Shown here in pieces: positions 53,545 to 62,636 of a DNA stretch of 64,000 nucleotides. The notes beneath the pieces were generated by a model, which saw only the letters and a program-made list of their open reading frames with translations, had not been told where the DNA came from and did no database searches. The position numbers and the translations under genes are program-made. Every line of letters begins with the position of its first letter. Positions within the stretch are counted from its first letter, which is position 1. The stretch comes from Verrucomicrobiota bacterium. Its GTDB lineage: Bacteria > Verrucomicrobiota > Verrucomicrobiia > Limisphaerales > UBA11358. Where the stretch lies: positions 193,059-257,058 of the forward strand of contig JBEKRQ010000002.1 of the NCBI GenBank assembly GCA_049517655.1, written 5' to 3'.

Positions 53545-54162
53545 TTAAATCTTTTTCTGTTCTGCTATTTGGCAAAGCCTTGAACCCAGAGGAGATTCCC
53601 TGAGACTTTTAAGCATACGGCTGTTTGTTTCCCTATACCAATCATGACCAGCAATCATTATCTCCATTTCTTCGTCACTTATTTTTAGCGCCTCCGCTGT
53701 TTTTGGATGAGTGATTCGGTCGCGGATTTTTTGCGCATCCATCAGTTGCGTCCATCCTGTGGAGTTAAAATCAACTTCGTTTTGTTGTTGAATCGCTCTA
53801 TAAAAAATTTGCACCGCAGATTTTATGTCGTCCTTAAACTTCAAGTGGTGCTTGTATTCTTTTCCGGTAAATCCTTTCAACATCGCTCTTTCTTCTTTAG
53901 TAAACAGCACCATTCGTGATTCTTTTGCGCCAGGAACAAGATTTTTCAATGGATGCAGAATATATTCAAAGGCCAGAACTACCTGCTTGAATGCATACAA
54001 ATGCCCCTCAAAAAATGTGAATATTGTCTTAATCAGCACCCGTTTTGAATATTCGCTAGGTGCTTGCCGGCACTGCGTGCGCGCCAATTGAATATCTTCT
54101 TCAAGAACGTCTGCGATTTGAAGAAAGTTCTGAAGTGTTTTTATCGCTTCGGCTTCAGTCAT
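53545..54162 (-). CDS. hypothetical protein with HEPN-like R-x4-H motif
   Basis: 205 aa, AT-richer, all-helical-looking. KIRDRITHP (R147-x4-H152) near the C-terminal third. Co-oriented 40 nt downstream of hicA. Confidence 0.45.
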   Translation of the reverse strand: MTEAEAIKTLQNFLQIADVLEEDIQLARTQCRQAPSEYSKRVLIKTIFTFFEGHLYAFKQVVLAFEYILHPLKNLVPGAKESRMVLFTKEERAMLKGFTGKEYKHHLKFKDDIKSAVQIFYRAIQQQNEVDFNSTGWTQLMDAQKIRDRITHPKTAEALKISDEEMEIMIAGHDWYRETNSRMLKSLRESPLGSRLCQIAEQKKI

Positions 54163-54202
54163 ACGCTTTAGCGGGGTTTCATAACTTCACCTTCGCCACG
54201 CG

Positions 54203-54388
54203 TTACGGTTCAGTGATTCCCAAGTCGCGGCAAATCTTTCGAGCCAGAAATTTGTTGATCTCGTTGTGCCTCGGCACGGCAGAGCGGAGATTTCTCGCCG
54301 GGTTTCCCCACCATGAATGGTTGCTACCTTCGCGGATGAGCACGCAGCCTTGCGCGGCCAAATACCGGATTAGCTCCCGCCGTTTCAC
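54203..54388 (-). CDS. hicA: HicA-family mRNA interferase toxin
   Basis: MKRRELIRYLAAQGCVLIREGSNHSWWGNP...VPRHNEINKFLARKICRDLGI fits the HicA/YcfA pattern. GTGA start/stop overlap with hicB. Confidence 0.8.
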   Translation of the reverse strand: MKRRELIRYLAAQGCVLIREGSNHSWWGNPARNLRSAVPRHNEINKFLARKICRDLGITEP

Positions 54389-54597
54389 ACAAGGATGGAG
54401 GCTTCTTCGTAACCGTGTTTTGCGGCGGAGAGTGCGTCTTCCCGGTTGAACTCCAGCGCTTCTTTCAAGGCGGAACGCAAGTTTTTCAAAAGTTCGATGC
54501 GGGTTTTACCCTGGGAATTAACTCCCGGGATTTCCTCAACCCAGCCGATCCACCAGCCTTCGTCCTGTTTGATGACGACAGTAAAATTGCGTTTCAT
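54385..54597 (-). CDS. hicB: HicB-like antitoxin (short UPF0150 type)
   Basis: FTVVIKQDEGWWIGWVEEIPGVNSQGKTRIELLKNLRSALKEAL is the HicB N-terminal fold pattern. Lies upstream of and overlapping hicA. Confidence 0.7.
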   Translation of the reverse strand: MKRNFTVVIKQDEGWWIGWVEEIPGVNSQGKTRIELLKNLRSALKEALEFNREDALSAAKHGYEEASILV

Positions 54598-54704
54598 AGC
54601 ATTATCCTAAGCCTTTTACCGTTGAACTCAAGGTAGCATTTTCTCCGCGCCTCTGCGTCCTTGCCTAGGCGTAGCCTCCAGCGAAGCCAGGGTCTGCGGT
54701 TAAA

Positions 54705-55919
54705 CTATTTCGGCATCTTCAATTTCATTTTGTCCGCCACCTGCGCCACGTCTTTGTCGCCGCGACCGGAAAGATTGATGATGATGAGCTTGTCCTTGCT
54801 CATCTTCGGTGCGCGTTTCATAACTTCAGCAATGGCGTGCGCGCTTTCGAGCGCCGGAATGATGCCTTCCAGTTGCGACAGTTTCATGAACGCGTCCAGC
54901 GCCTCGTCGTCTTTCGCATAGGTGTATTCCACGCGCCGCTGGTCGCGGAGAAAAACGTGTTCCGGCCCGACAGCGGCGTAATCCAGTCCGGCACTGACGC
55001 TGTGCGTGAGTTGAATCTGGCCGAACTCATCCTGCAACAGGTAGGAACGCGTGCCCTGCAGGACGCCGAGTGAGCCGCCTTGGAACCGCGCGGCGTGTTT
55101 GCCAGCTTTAATGCCTTCGCCACCAGCTTCCACACCAACCATTTTCACGGATTTGTCTTCGAGGAACGGATAGAACAGTCCCATCGCGTTCGAACCGCCG
55201 CCAACGCAGGCGACGAGCAGGTCGGGCAGACGTTTTTCCTTTTCCAAAATCTGCGCCCTCGCTTCATCGCCGATGACGCGCTGGAAATTCCGAACCATGA
55301 GCGGATACGGATGCGCGCCATAAACCGTGCCGAGGATGTAATGCGTGGTGCGGACGTTCGTGACCCAGTCGCGCATGGCTTCGTTGATGGCTTCCTTGAG
55401 CGTCTGCTGGCCGGCTTTCACGGGCACGACTTCTGCGCCGAGCATTTTCATGCGATAAACGTTCAGCTCCTGCCGTTTGCAATCCACCGCGCCCATGTAA
55501 ACAACGCATTTCAGTCCGAACATCGCGGCCACGGTGGCCGTGGCGACACCGTGCTGGCCCGCGCCGGTCTCGGCAATGATGCGGGTCTTGCCCATGCGCC
55601 GCGCCAGCAGGATTTGGCCGATGCAATTGTTGATCTTGTGCGCGCCAGTGTGGAGCAGGTCTTCGCGCTTGAGATAAATTTTCGCGCCGCCGAGTTCCTT
55701 GGTAAGCCGTTCGGCAAAGTAGAGCGGGGTGGGGCGACCGCAAAATTCCTTCAGGTAATATTCAAACTCGCGCTGGAACGCCGGATCTTTCTGCGCGCGC
55801 AGGTATTCGTCCTCCAGCTCCTGTAACGGTTGCATCAGCGTTTCTGGCACAAAACGTCCGCCATACGGACCGAAATGGCCGTGTGCATCCGGAACTTTGG
55901 CGCTGGAATTCTTGTTCAT
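54705..55919 (-). CDS. trpB: tryptophan synthase beta chain
   Basis: [29 protein letters not shown] (PLP Lys), [21 protein letters not shown]. Start at ATG 55919 (the track start is GTG). Confidence 0.95.
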   Translation of the reverse strand: MNKNSSAKVPDAHGHFGPYGGRFVPETLMQPLQELEDEYLRAQKDPAFQREFEYYLKEFCGRPTPLYFAERLTKELGGAKIYLKREDLLHTGAHKINNCIGQILLARRMGKTRIIAETGAGQHGVATATVAAMFGLKCVVYMGAVDCKRQELNVYRMKMLGAEVVPVKAGQQTLKEAINEAMRDWVTNVRTTHYILGTVYGAHPYPLMVRNFQRVIGDEARAQILEKEKRLPDLLVACVGGGSNAMGLFYPFLEDKSVKMVGVEAGGEGIKAGKHAARFQGGSLGVLQGTRSYLLQDEFGQIQLTHSVSAGLDYAAVGPEHVFLRDQRRVEYTYAKDDEALDAFMKLSQLEGIIPALESAHAIAEVMKRAPKMSKDKLIIINLSGRGDKDVAQVADKMKLKMPK

Positions 55920-56105
55920 AGCCCGATTTTCACGCAAAGACACAAAGACGGAAAGCTAATTTGCAACGACACCTAATTTGAAGAAACTTCCAACTCATTT
56001 TGAATTTCACGCTTGGAGAAATCCCAAATCGGAGGAAATTTGACTTGGGGATTGCAATTTGTGCTTGCAATTTGTGCTTGTATAAGCTTTTCTACATAAA
56101 TTGGC

Positions 56106-59100
56106 ATGTCGTTTAAGTTTGTTGCCAGACGATTATTCGGTGAACGCTTTGTTGCCATCGCGTGCGCGTTGGTCTTGCTCCCGTTAGCGGCACACGCCCA
56201 AAATTCCGGCAGACAGTTTTTGCAGGGTCATGTGCAGCCGGCAGTGGCGCGTTTGCATTTACAGCCATTGGGCAGGCTTTCAGCCACACAACGGCTGAAT
56301 CTGGCGATAGGTCTGCCCTTGAGAAATCAACAGGCGCTCGACAATCTGCTCCAGCAAATCTACGACCCGGCAAGTTCCAATTACCGTCATTACCTGACGC
56401 CGGAACAGTTCACAGAGCAGTTTGGTCCGACTGAGGAGGATTATCAGGCGGTTATCACATTCATGGAATCGAAGGGTCTGACAGTAACCTACCGACATCC
56501 GAACCGGGTGGTGCTGGACGTGAGCGGGTCGGTGGCGGACATAGAGAAGGTGTTTCATGTAAGGATGCAGGTCTACCAGCATCCGACGGAAGCACGGACA
56601 TTTTACACGCCGGACGTTGAACCTTCACTGGACTTGACCGTTCCAATTTTGCACATCAGCGGATTGGACAACTTTGCCCTGCCGCGTCCTTTGCATGTTG
56701 TTAGACCAATTCCCGACCATCAGGCGACGAGCGTGACACCGAATTCCGGTTCCGGGCCGGGCGGCGCTTATATGGGGAATGATTTTCGGGCGGCTTACGC
56801 TCCGGGAGTTACGTTGAATGGTTCTGGGCAAATCGTGGGACTGTTGGAGTTTGACGGTTATTACGCAAATGACATCACAACTTACGAAAACGCAGCCGGG
56901 CTGCCTGCCGTCACAGTGGCAAATGTATTATTGGATGGGTTCAATGGATCCGCGGGCAGCAATAACGTGGAGGTAGCTTTGGACATTGAGATGGCCATCT
57001 CAATGGCACCTGGATTGTCCAAAGTGATTGTGTATGAAGCCGGGCCGACTGGCAATCCGAATGACATTTTGAACCGCATGGTAACAGACAATCAGGCCAA
57101 GCAACTTAGTTCCTCTTGGGGATGGTTGCCTTTCGACCCAACCACTGACAAGATCTTTCAAGAGTTTGCCGCTCAGGGACAGTCGTTCTTTCAAGCTTCC
57201 GGCGACTGGGATGCTTTTATAGGGGCGCCTTGGTCGCCGATGGATAACCCGTATATCACGCTTGTGGGCGGGACAACTTTGACAATGACCGGCGCAGTAA
57301 CCACCGCACGCTATTGTCACACGGCGACATTGCTGCCCAATGGGAAGGTGTTGGTTGCAGGAGGCACACACACGGGGTCGGATGCTATTTCTGACGCGGA
57401 ACTGTACGATCCAGCCACCGGGATATGGACGAATACCGGTGTGTTGAACACCTCACGCGGTTATCACACGGCGACATTGCTGCCCAATGGGCAGGTGTTG
57501 GTCGCGGGTGGCTACAACGGCGGTTCTCTTTCCAGCGCGGAGCTATACGATCCGTCCACCGGGAAGTGGACAGCGACCGGCTCGATGACCAGCGGACACG
57601 CTGGTCACACGGCGACGTTGCTCCCCAATGGGAAGGTGCTGGTCGCAGGGGACTTCTATAGCGGGACGAGCGCAGAGCTATACAATCCGGCCACCGGGAC
57701 ATGGACGGCGACCGGCTCGCTGAACACCGGACGCTATGACTATGATCAAACGGCACCGTTGCTGCCCAATGGGAAGGTGCTGGTCGCGGGGGGCGTTGGC
57801 GGCGGTAACAGTGCGGAGTTATACGATCCAGCCACCGGGACGTGGACGCTGACCGGTGCAATGAACACCGCACGCTTTAGTCACACAACGATCTTGCTGC
57901 CCAATGGGAAGGTGCTGGTCGCGGGGGGCTGGAATAGTGGCCCTCTTTCCAGTGTGGAACTATACGATCCGGCTACCGGCACCTGGACAACGGCTAACGC
58001 AATGAACACCGCATGCTATGGCCGTACAGCTACGTCGCTGCCAAATGGGCAGGTGCTGGTCGCGGGTGGTTGTAACTATCAGTCTGTTTCCAGCGCGGAG
58101 TTGTATAATCCAACCACCGGAACATGGACAACGACCGCCGCGATGGCCACCCCACGTTATTTTCACACAGCGACGCCGCTGACCAATGGGCAGGTGTTGG
58201 TTGTGGGTGGTTTTGACGGAAGTTACGGAGGTTTTAGTGGCCGTTCTCTTTCCAGCGCGGAGCTATACGATCCATCCACCGAGAAGTGGACAGCGACCAG
58301 TGCGCTGAACGGTGCCAGTGGTTCTTGGGTATCGGAAACCACTTGGAATTGGGGCGGTGGAACTGGCACCGGCGGTGGGATCAGCACCAATTATTCAATC
58401 CCTAGCTGGCAACAAGACATCAACATGACGGCCAACCACGGTTCGACCACCATGCGGAACGTTCCGGACGTGGCTCTGACCGCTGATAACGTTTATGTCA
58501 TCTACAACAACGGCTTCGGCGGAGTCTTCGGCGGCACCAGTTGCGCAACGCCCCTGTGGGCGGCTTTTACCGCGCTGGTCAATCAACAAGCCGTGGCGGC
58601 TGGCAAGCCAACGGTTGGTTTTATCAATCCGGCGGTCTATGCCATTGGCAAAAGCACGAACTATACTGCGGATTTTCACGATATCACCACCGGCAACAAT
58701 ACAAGTCCCAGCAGCCCCCAAAATTTCTATGCCGTTCCTAGTTACGACCTCTGCACCGGATGGGGCACGCCCGCTGGGCAAAATTTAATTAACGATTTGG
58801 CCGAGTTGTGCGATTGGCTGATCATCACGCCGACAACAGGCTTCACTTCCATCGGTGGGATTGGTGGACCGTTCACTATCACTTCGCAAAGCTTGTCGTT
58901 GACTAACGCGGGAACAAATTTACTGACTTGGACTCTGGTCAACACATCCCTTTGGCTCAATGCCTCGTCCAGCGGCGGCACACTGACGCCTGGTGGACCG
59001 GCAACCACCGTGACCGTGAGTCTAAACTCGGCAGCCAGTAATCTGCTGGTGGGGACATACAACGCAACGGTGTGGTTCACCAATCTAAACAACGGTATCG

Positions 59101-60851
59101 GGCAAGGTCGCCAGTTCAGTTTGTTGGTGATCAGCCCGCCAATAATTACGATACAACCGACCAATCAAGCGGTGCTAAAAGGGGCGACGGCGACATTCGC
59201 GGTGGAAGCCACTGGCGATTTGCCGTTGTATTACCAGTGGCGGGATAACGGAACAAACCTGACCGATGGAGGTAATATTTCCGGTTCGACGACCACTAAT
59301 CTGATCATCAGCAGTGTGTCTTCAGCGAATGTGGGAACTTACAGTGTCATCGTGAGCAACGTTGCCGGTATAGTGACTAGTTCCAATGCCGTGCTGACAG
59401 TGAATCCGCCGCCGCCCTGCGCGCCGGTGTCTTCCGGGATGGTCAGTTGGTGGCCTGGGGAAGGCAATGCCAATGACATTGTGGACACCAACAACGGGAC
59501 GCTGGTAGGTGGCGTGAGCTATGTCGCCGGCGAAGTGGGCCAGGCGTTCTTGTTCGACGGAACGAGTGGCTGCGTTTCCATCCCTGATTCGCCTTCACTG
59601 GACTCATTTACCACAAGCATGACCATTGAGCTGTGGATGAAGGCCGGCCAGACGAACGTCAATGCGGATTGGAAGGGACTTGTCACCAAGGGGAATTCCT
59701 CCTGGCGACTGATGGCTACGACTTTTGCCAAAACAGTTTATGTGGCTTTCTCCGGTGTTAGCCCCCCGGACTTGTCTGGCACACGGAATGTCAACGATGG
59801 CCAGTGGCATCATGTGGCTGCCGTTTACGATGGAACTAACATGTTCCTCTATGTGGACGGCACGCTGGATGTTTCGCAGCCGGCCACGGGTTTGATTGCC
59901 CAAGACACCGATCCCATGTGCATTGGAGCAGACTCGAAGGCATATGTTCCCAGTTGTGGTTGTGCTGAACTGGGGTATTTCTTCAACGGGTTGGTTGACG
60001 AGGCGTCCATCTACAATCTGGCGCTGACGGCCTCGGAAATTCAGGCCATATACGCGGCAGGCAGCGGGGGTAAATGCTATACGCCCACTGCGCCGGTGAT
60101 CGTAACACAGCCGACGAACCAGACCGTGGCGGTGGGCGGCACGGCAACATTCACGGTGGTAGCCGGCGGCACACCGTCGCCGGGGTATCAATGGAATTTC
60201 AACGGGACGAATATCGATGCAGCGACGAATGCGACGCTGACGCTGACTAACGTGCAGTTCAGCCAGGCGGGCAATTATGCGGTGCTGGTGACGAACCTGC
60301 TTGGTTCGGTGCTCAGTTCTAATGCGGTGCTGACGGTGACGCTGGATCATTTCGCCTGGAACCCCATACCGTCGCCGCGGTTCGTCAATACGCCGTTTTC
60401 CGTCATCATCCAGGCGCAGGACATGACCAATGGCCTGTTCACCAACTTTACCGGCCCCGCCATTTTGGGAACAACCAATGGCGTCGCCGTCACCCCGCCG
60501 GTTTCCGGCAGTTTTGTTCAAGGGGTATGGACCGGCACGGTGGTGATTTCGCAGACGGCTTCGAATTTGGTGTTGCGAGCTGACGACGGGCTCGGGCACT
60601 TCGGCTTGGCCAACCCGATCAATGTCATCAATCTGCCTAATCTGGGGATGATGCATTCCGGCAATATTGCCTTGTTCATGTGGCCGGTCGGCTACTCGGG
60701 ATTCGTGCTGGAGACTTCGGGCAACTTGTCGCCGCCAGCCACATGGGTAGTGGTGCCCGATGTTCCAATCCAGATTGGCGATCAATACCTGCTGCCGCTG
60801 GAAATGAGCGGGACCAATGGTTTCTATCGCCTGTGGTTCACCGGCCCTTAA
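56106..60851 (+). CDS. secreted multidomain protein: pro-kumamolisin activation domain + S53 sedolisin peptidase interrupted by a 7-blade Kelch propeller + Ig-like + LamG + Ig-like + C-terminal beta domains
   Basis: Signal peptide MSFKFVARRLFGERFVAIACALVLLPLAAHA. The propeptide (LNLAIGLPLRNQQALDNLLQQIYDPASSNYRHYLTPEQF) is followed by S53 motifs (EVALDIEMA, SGDWDA, GGTSCATPLWAA). Seven repeats of type HTATLLPNGKVLVAGG...AELYDPATGTWT, two Ig I-set-like modules and a LamG module (...DGQWHHVAAVYDGTNMFLYVDG). Confidence 0.8.
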   Translation: MSFKFVARRLFGERFVAIACALVLLPLAAHAQNSGRQFLQGHVQPAVARLHLQPLGRLSATQRLNLAIGLPLRNQQALDNLLQQIYDPASSNYRHYLTPEQFTEQFGPTEEDYQAVITFMESKGLTVTYRHPNRVVLDVSGSVADIEKVFHVRMQVYQHPTEARTFYTPDVEPSLDLTVPILHISGLDNFALPRPLHVVRPIPDHQATSVTPNSGSGPGGAYMGNDFRAAYAPGVTLNGSGQIVGLLEFDGYYANDITTYENAAGLPAVTVANVLLDGFNGSAGSNNVEVALDIEMAISMAPGLSKVIVYEAGPTGNPNDILNRMVTDNQAKQLSSSWGWLPFDPTTDKIFQEFAAQGQSFFQASGDWDAFIGAPWSPMDNPYITLVGGTTLTMTGAVTTARYCHTATLLPNGKVLVAGGTHTGSDAISDAELYDPATGIWTNTGVLNTSRGYHTATLLPNGQVLVAGGYNGGSLSSAELYDPSTGKWTATGSMTSGHAGHTATLLPNGKVLVAGDFYSGTSAELYNPATGTWTATGSLNTGRYDYDQTAPLLPNGKVLVAGGVGGGNSAELYDPATGTWTLTGAMNTARFSHTTILLPNGKVLVAGGWNSGPLSSVELYDPATGTWTTANAMNTACYGRTATSLPNGQVLVAGGCNYQSVSSAELYNPTTGTWTTTAAMATPRYFHTATPLTNGQVLVVGGFDGSYGGFSGRSLSSAELYDPSTEKWTATSALNGASGSWVSETTWNWGGGTGTGGGISTNYSIPSWQQDINMTANHGSTTMRNVPDVALTADNVYVIYNNGFGGVFGGTSCATPLWAAFTALVNQQAVAAGKPTVGFINPAVYAIGKSTNYTADFHDITTGNNTSPSSPQNFYAVPSYDLCTGWGTPAGQNLINDLAELCDWLIITPTTGFTSIGGIGGPFTITSQSLSLTNAGTNLLTWTLVNTSLWLNASSSGGTLTPGGPATTVTVSLNSAASNLLVGTYNATVWFTNLNNGIGQGRQFSLLVISPPIITIQPTNQAVLKGATATFAVEATGDLPLYYQWRDNGTNLTDGGNISGSTTTNLIISSVSSANVGTYSVIVSNVAGIVTSSNAVLTVNPPPPCAPVSSGMVSWWPGEGNANDIVDTNNGTLVGGVSYVAGEVGQAFLFDGTSGCVSIPDSPSLDSFTTSMTIELWMKAGQTNVNADWKGLVTKGNSSWRLMATTFAKTVYVAFSGVSPPDLSGTRNVNDGQWHHVAAVYDGTNMFLYVDGTLDVSQPATGLIAQDTDPMCIGADSKAYVPSCGCAELGYFFNGLVDEASIYNLALTASEIQAIYAAGSGGKCYTPTAPVIVTQPTNQTVAVGGTATFTVVAGGTPSPGYQWNFNGTNIDAATNATLTLTNVQFSQAGNYAVLVTNLLGSVLSSNAVLTVTLDHFAWNPIPSPRFVNTPFSVIIQAQDMTNGLFTNFTGPAILGTTNGVAVTPPVSGSFVQGVWTGTVVISQTASNLVLRADDGLGHFGLANPINVINLPNLGMMHSGNIALFMWPVGYSGFVLETSGNLSPPATWVVVPDVPIQIGDQYLLPLEMSGTNGFYRLWFTGP
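57294..58310 (+). repeat. seven tandem Kelch-motif coding repeats (~141-150 bp each) with high DNA-level similarity
   Basis: Recurrent cacacggcgac(a/g)ttgctgcccaatggg(a/c)aggtg(c/t)tggt(c/t)gc(a/g)gg blocks, for example at about 57319, 57466, 57604, 57750, 57885, 58030 and 58165. Confidence 0.9.
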
Positions 60852-60950
60852 ACACACAGTCGGGAATCAAGGAATTGACGAAGCGGGGCAATCTGTCAGC
60901 GTTGCCAGGACGGAGTTGCTTTGCTGCGAGAGCAACAATCCTGATGCCAC

Positions 60951-62354
60951 TTAACTTGCCTTCACCTGCGCGATGAGCGCCTGCAGCGAAGCCTTGGCAT
61001 CGCCGAAAAGCATCCGGGTGTTGTCCTTGTAAAAGAGGTTGTTTTCGATGCCGGCAAAACCCGCGGCCATGGAGCGTTTCATCACGATGACGGTCTTGGC
61101 GCGGTCGGCTTCAATGATGGGCATGCCGTAGATCGGGCTGCTCTTGTCCTCGCGCGCGGCGGGATTGACGACGTCGTTGGCGCCAATGACGAGGCACACA
61201 TCCACACGGTCCATTGTGGGATTGATGGCTTCCATTTCGCAAAGCTGGTCGTAAGGGACGTTGGCTTCGGCGAGCAAAACGTTCATGTGACCGGGCATGC
61301 GGCCGGCGACGGGATGAATGGCGAAGCGGACTTCGACGCCGCGTTTGCCGAGTTCATCGGCGAGCTCGCGCACCTGATGTTGCGCCTGCGCAACTGCCAT
61401 GCCGTAACCAGGCACGATGACGACCTGTTGGGCGTTACCGAGGAGCAGGGCGGCTTCGTCGGCCTGAATCGGCTTGACGGTGCCTCCGCCAACATGAGCA
61501 GCACCAGCGCCGCTGGACGAGGTGGTTGAGCCAAACGCGCCGAACAAAACATTTGTGACCGGACGGTTCATGGCTTTGCACATGAGCAGCGTCAGCAATG
61601 TGCCGGAGGAACCTACGAGCGTTCCGGCGACGATCATGGAAATGTTGTTGATGGTGAATCCGTCCGCGGCGACCGCGAGGCCGGTGAACGAGTTCAACAG
61701 CGAGATGACCACCGGCATGTCCGCGCCGCCGATGGGCATGACCATTGCCACACCGAAAACGAGCGCGAGTGAGAACATCACGATGAACGCCGTGGTGTTG
61801 GTCGTCGCCCAGCCGGTGAGATAAACGCACAGGCCGAGGATGACGGCGAGAACTAGGCCGTTGAGAATGTTTTGTCCGGGGAACGTGCGCGGTTTTTCGA
61901 GGTAACCCTGCAACTTGGAGAACGCGACAAGGCTGCCGGAAAACGACAGCGAACCAATTAATGTGGCGAACAGCATTGTGACAGTGAAGAACGTCGTGGT
62001 GCCTTCGGGGCTGTTTGCGCGCCGTAAAAATTCCAGGCTTGCGACCAAAGCCGCCGCACCACCACCCACGCCGTTGAACAGCGCCACCATCTGCGGCATC
62101 GCCGTCATCTTCACCGAATATGCGCCGATGGCGCCGATGATAAGGCCGGTCACAATGCCGACGACCATGAGAGTGCAGTTCAGATTCCAGCTCTGAAGTT
62201 TCATCAACGGAATCGTGGCAAAAAACGCGACGAGCATTCCAGCAGCGGCAACCAAATTGCCGTATCGCGCGGTTTTGGGCGAACTCAACAGCTTGATGCC
62301 GAGGATGAACAAAACTGCAACTGCAATAAATATGATGGCGATGAACGAGCTCAT
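60951..62354 (-). CDS. pntB: NAD(P) transhydrogenase beta subunit
   Basis: N-terminal multi-TM domain. C-terminal dIII (VIVPGYGMAVAQAQH, HPVAGRMPGHMNVLLAEA, VIGANDVVNPAA). Confidence 0.92.
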   Translation of the reverse strand: MSSFIAIIFIAVAVLFILGIKLLSSPKTARYGNLVAAAGMLVAFFATIPLMKLQSWNLNCTLMVVGIVTGLIIGAIGAYSVKMTAMPQMVALFNGVGGGAAALVASLEFLRRANSPEGTTTFFTVTMLFATLIGSLSFSGSLVAFSKLQGYLEKPRTFPGQNILNGLVLAVILGLCVYLTGWATTNTTAFIVMFSLALVFGVAMVMPIGGADMPVVISLLNSFTGLAVAADGFTINNISMIVAGTLVGSSGTLLTLLMCKAMNRPVTNVLFGAFGSTTSSSGAGAAHVGGGTVKPIQADEAALLLGNAQQVVIVPGYGMAVAQAQHQVRELADELGKRGVEVRFAIHPVAGRMPGHMNVLLAEANVPYDQLCEMEAINPTMDRVDVCLVIGANDVVNPAAREDKSSPIYGMPIIEADRAKTVIVMKRSMAAGFAGIENNLFYKDNTRMLFGDAKASLQALIAQVKAS

Positions 62355-62632
62355 TTTTTCTTCTTGAACATTTGCAGCATGCGGTCGGTGACCATGAACC
62401 CGCCGAACACATTGGCCGAACCGAAAACGACAGCGATGAAGCCGAGCGCGATGGTCAGGGGGCTGTCCGCGCTGGCGAGCACCAGCATGCCGCCCAGCAA
62501 AATGATGCCGTGAATGGCGTTGGTGCCGGACATCAGCGGCGTGTGCAACATCGAGGGCACTCTGGAAATCAATTCAAACCCGAGAAAAATCGAGAGGACA
62601 AAGATGAAAAATACCAGAATTTCAGTGCTCAT
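62351..62632 (-). CDS. pntAB: NAD(P) transhydrogenase alpha subunit part 2 (membrane)
   Basis: About 93 aa with three TM helices. SGTNAIHGIILLG motif. ATGA overlap with pntB. Start at ATG 62632, just after the pntAA stop. Confidence 0.85.
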   Translation of the reverse strand: MSTEILVFFIFVLSIFLGFELISRVPSMLHTPLMSGTNAIHGIILLGGMLVLASADSPLTIALGFIAVVFGSANVFGGFMVTDRMLQMFKKKK

Positions 62633-62636
62633 AAAC

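Noticed and set aside
57294-58310. CRISPR array (regular ~145-bp periodic repeats); also considered for the heptamer arrays
   Set aside because: The periodic units are contiguous coding Kelch repeats within an open frame, with no repeat-spacer structure. The heptamer arrays have no spacers. No cas genes are present.
59604-60857. 417-aa minus-strand ORF
   Set aside because: It is antisense to the well-supported S53/Kelch/Ig/LamG gene. The composition is Arg/His/Gly-rich with no motifs. It is an open-frame artefact.
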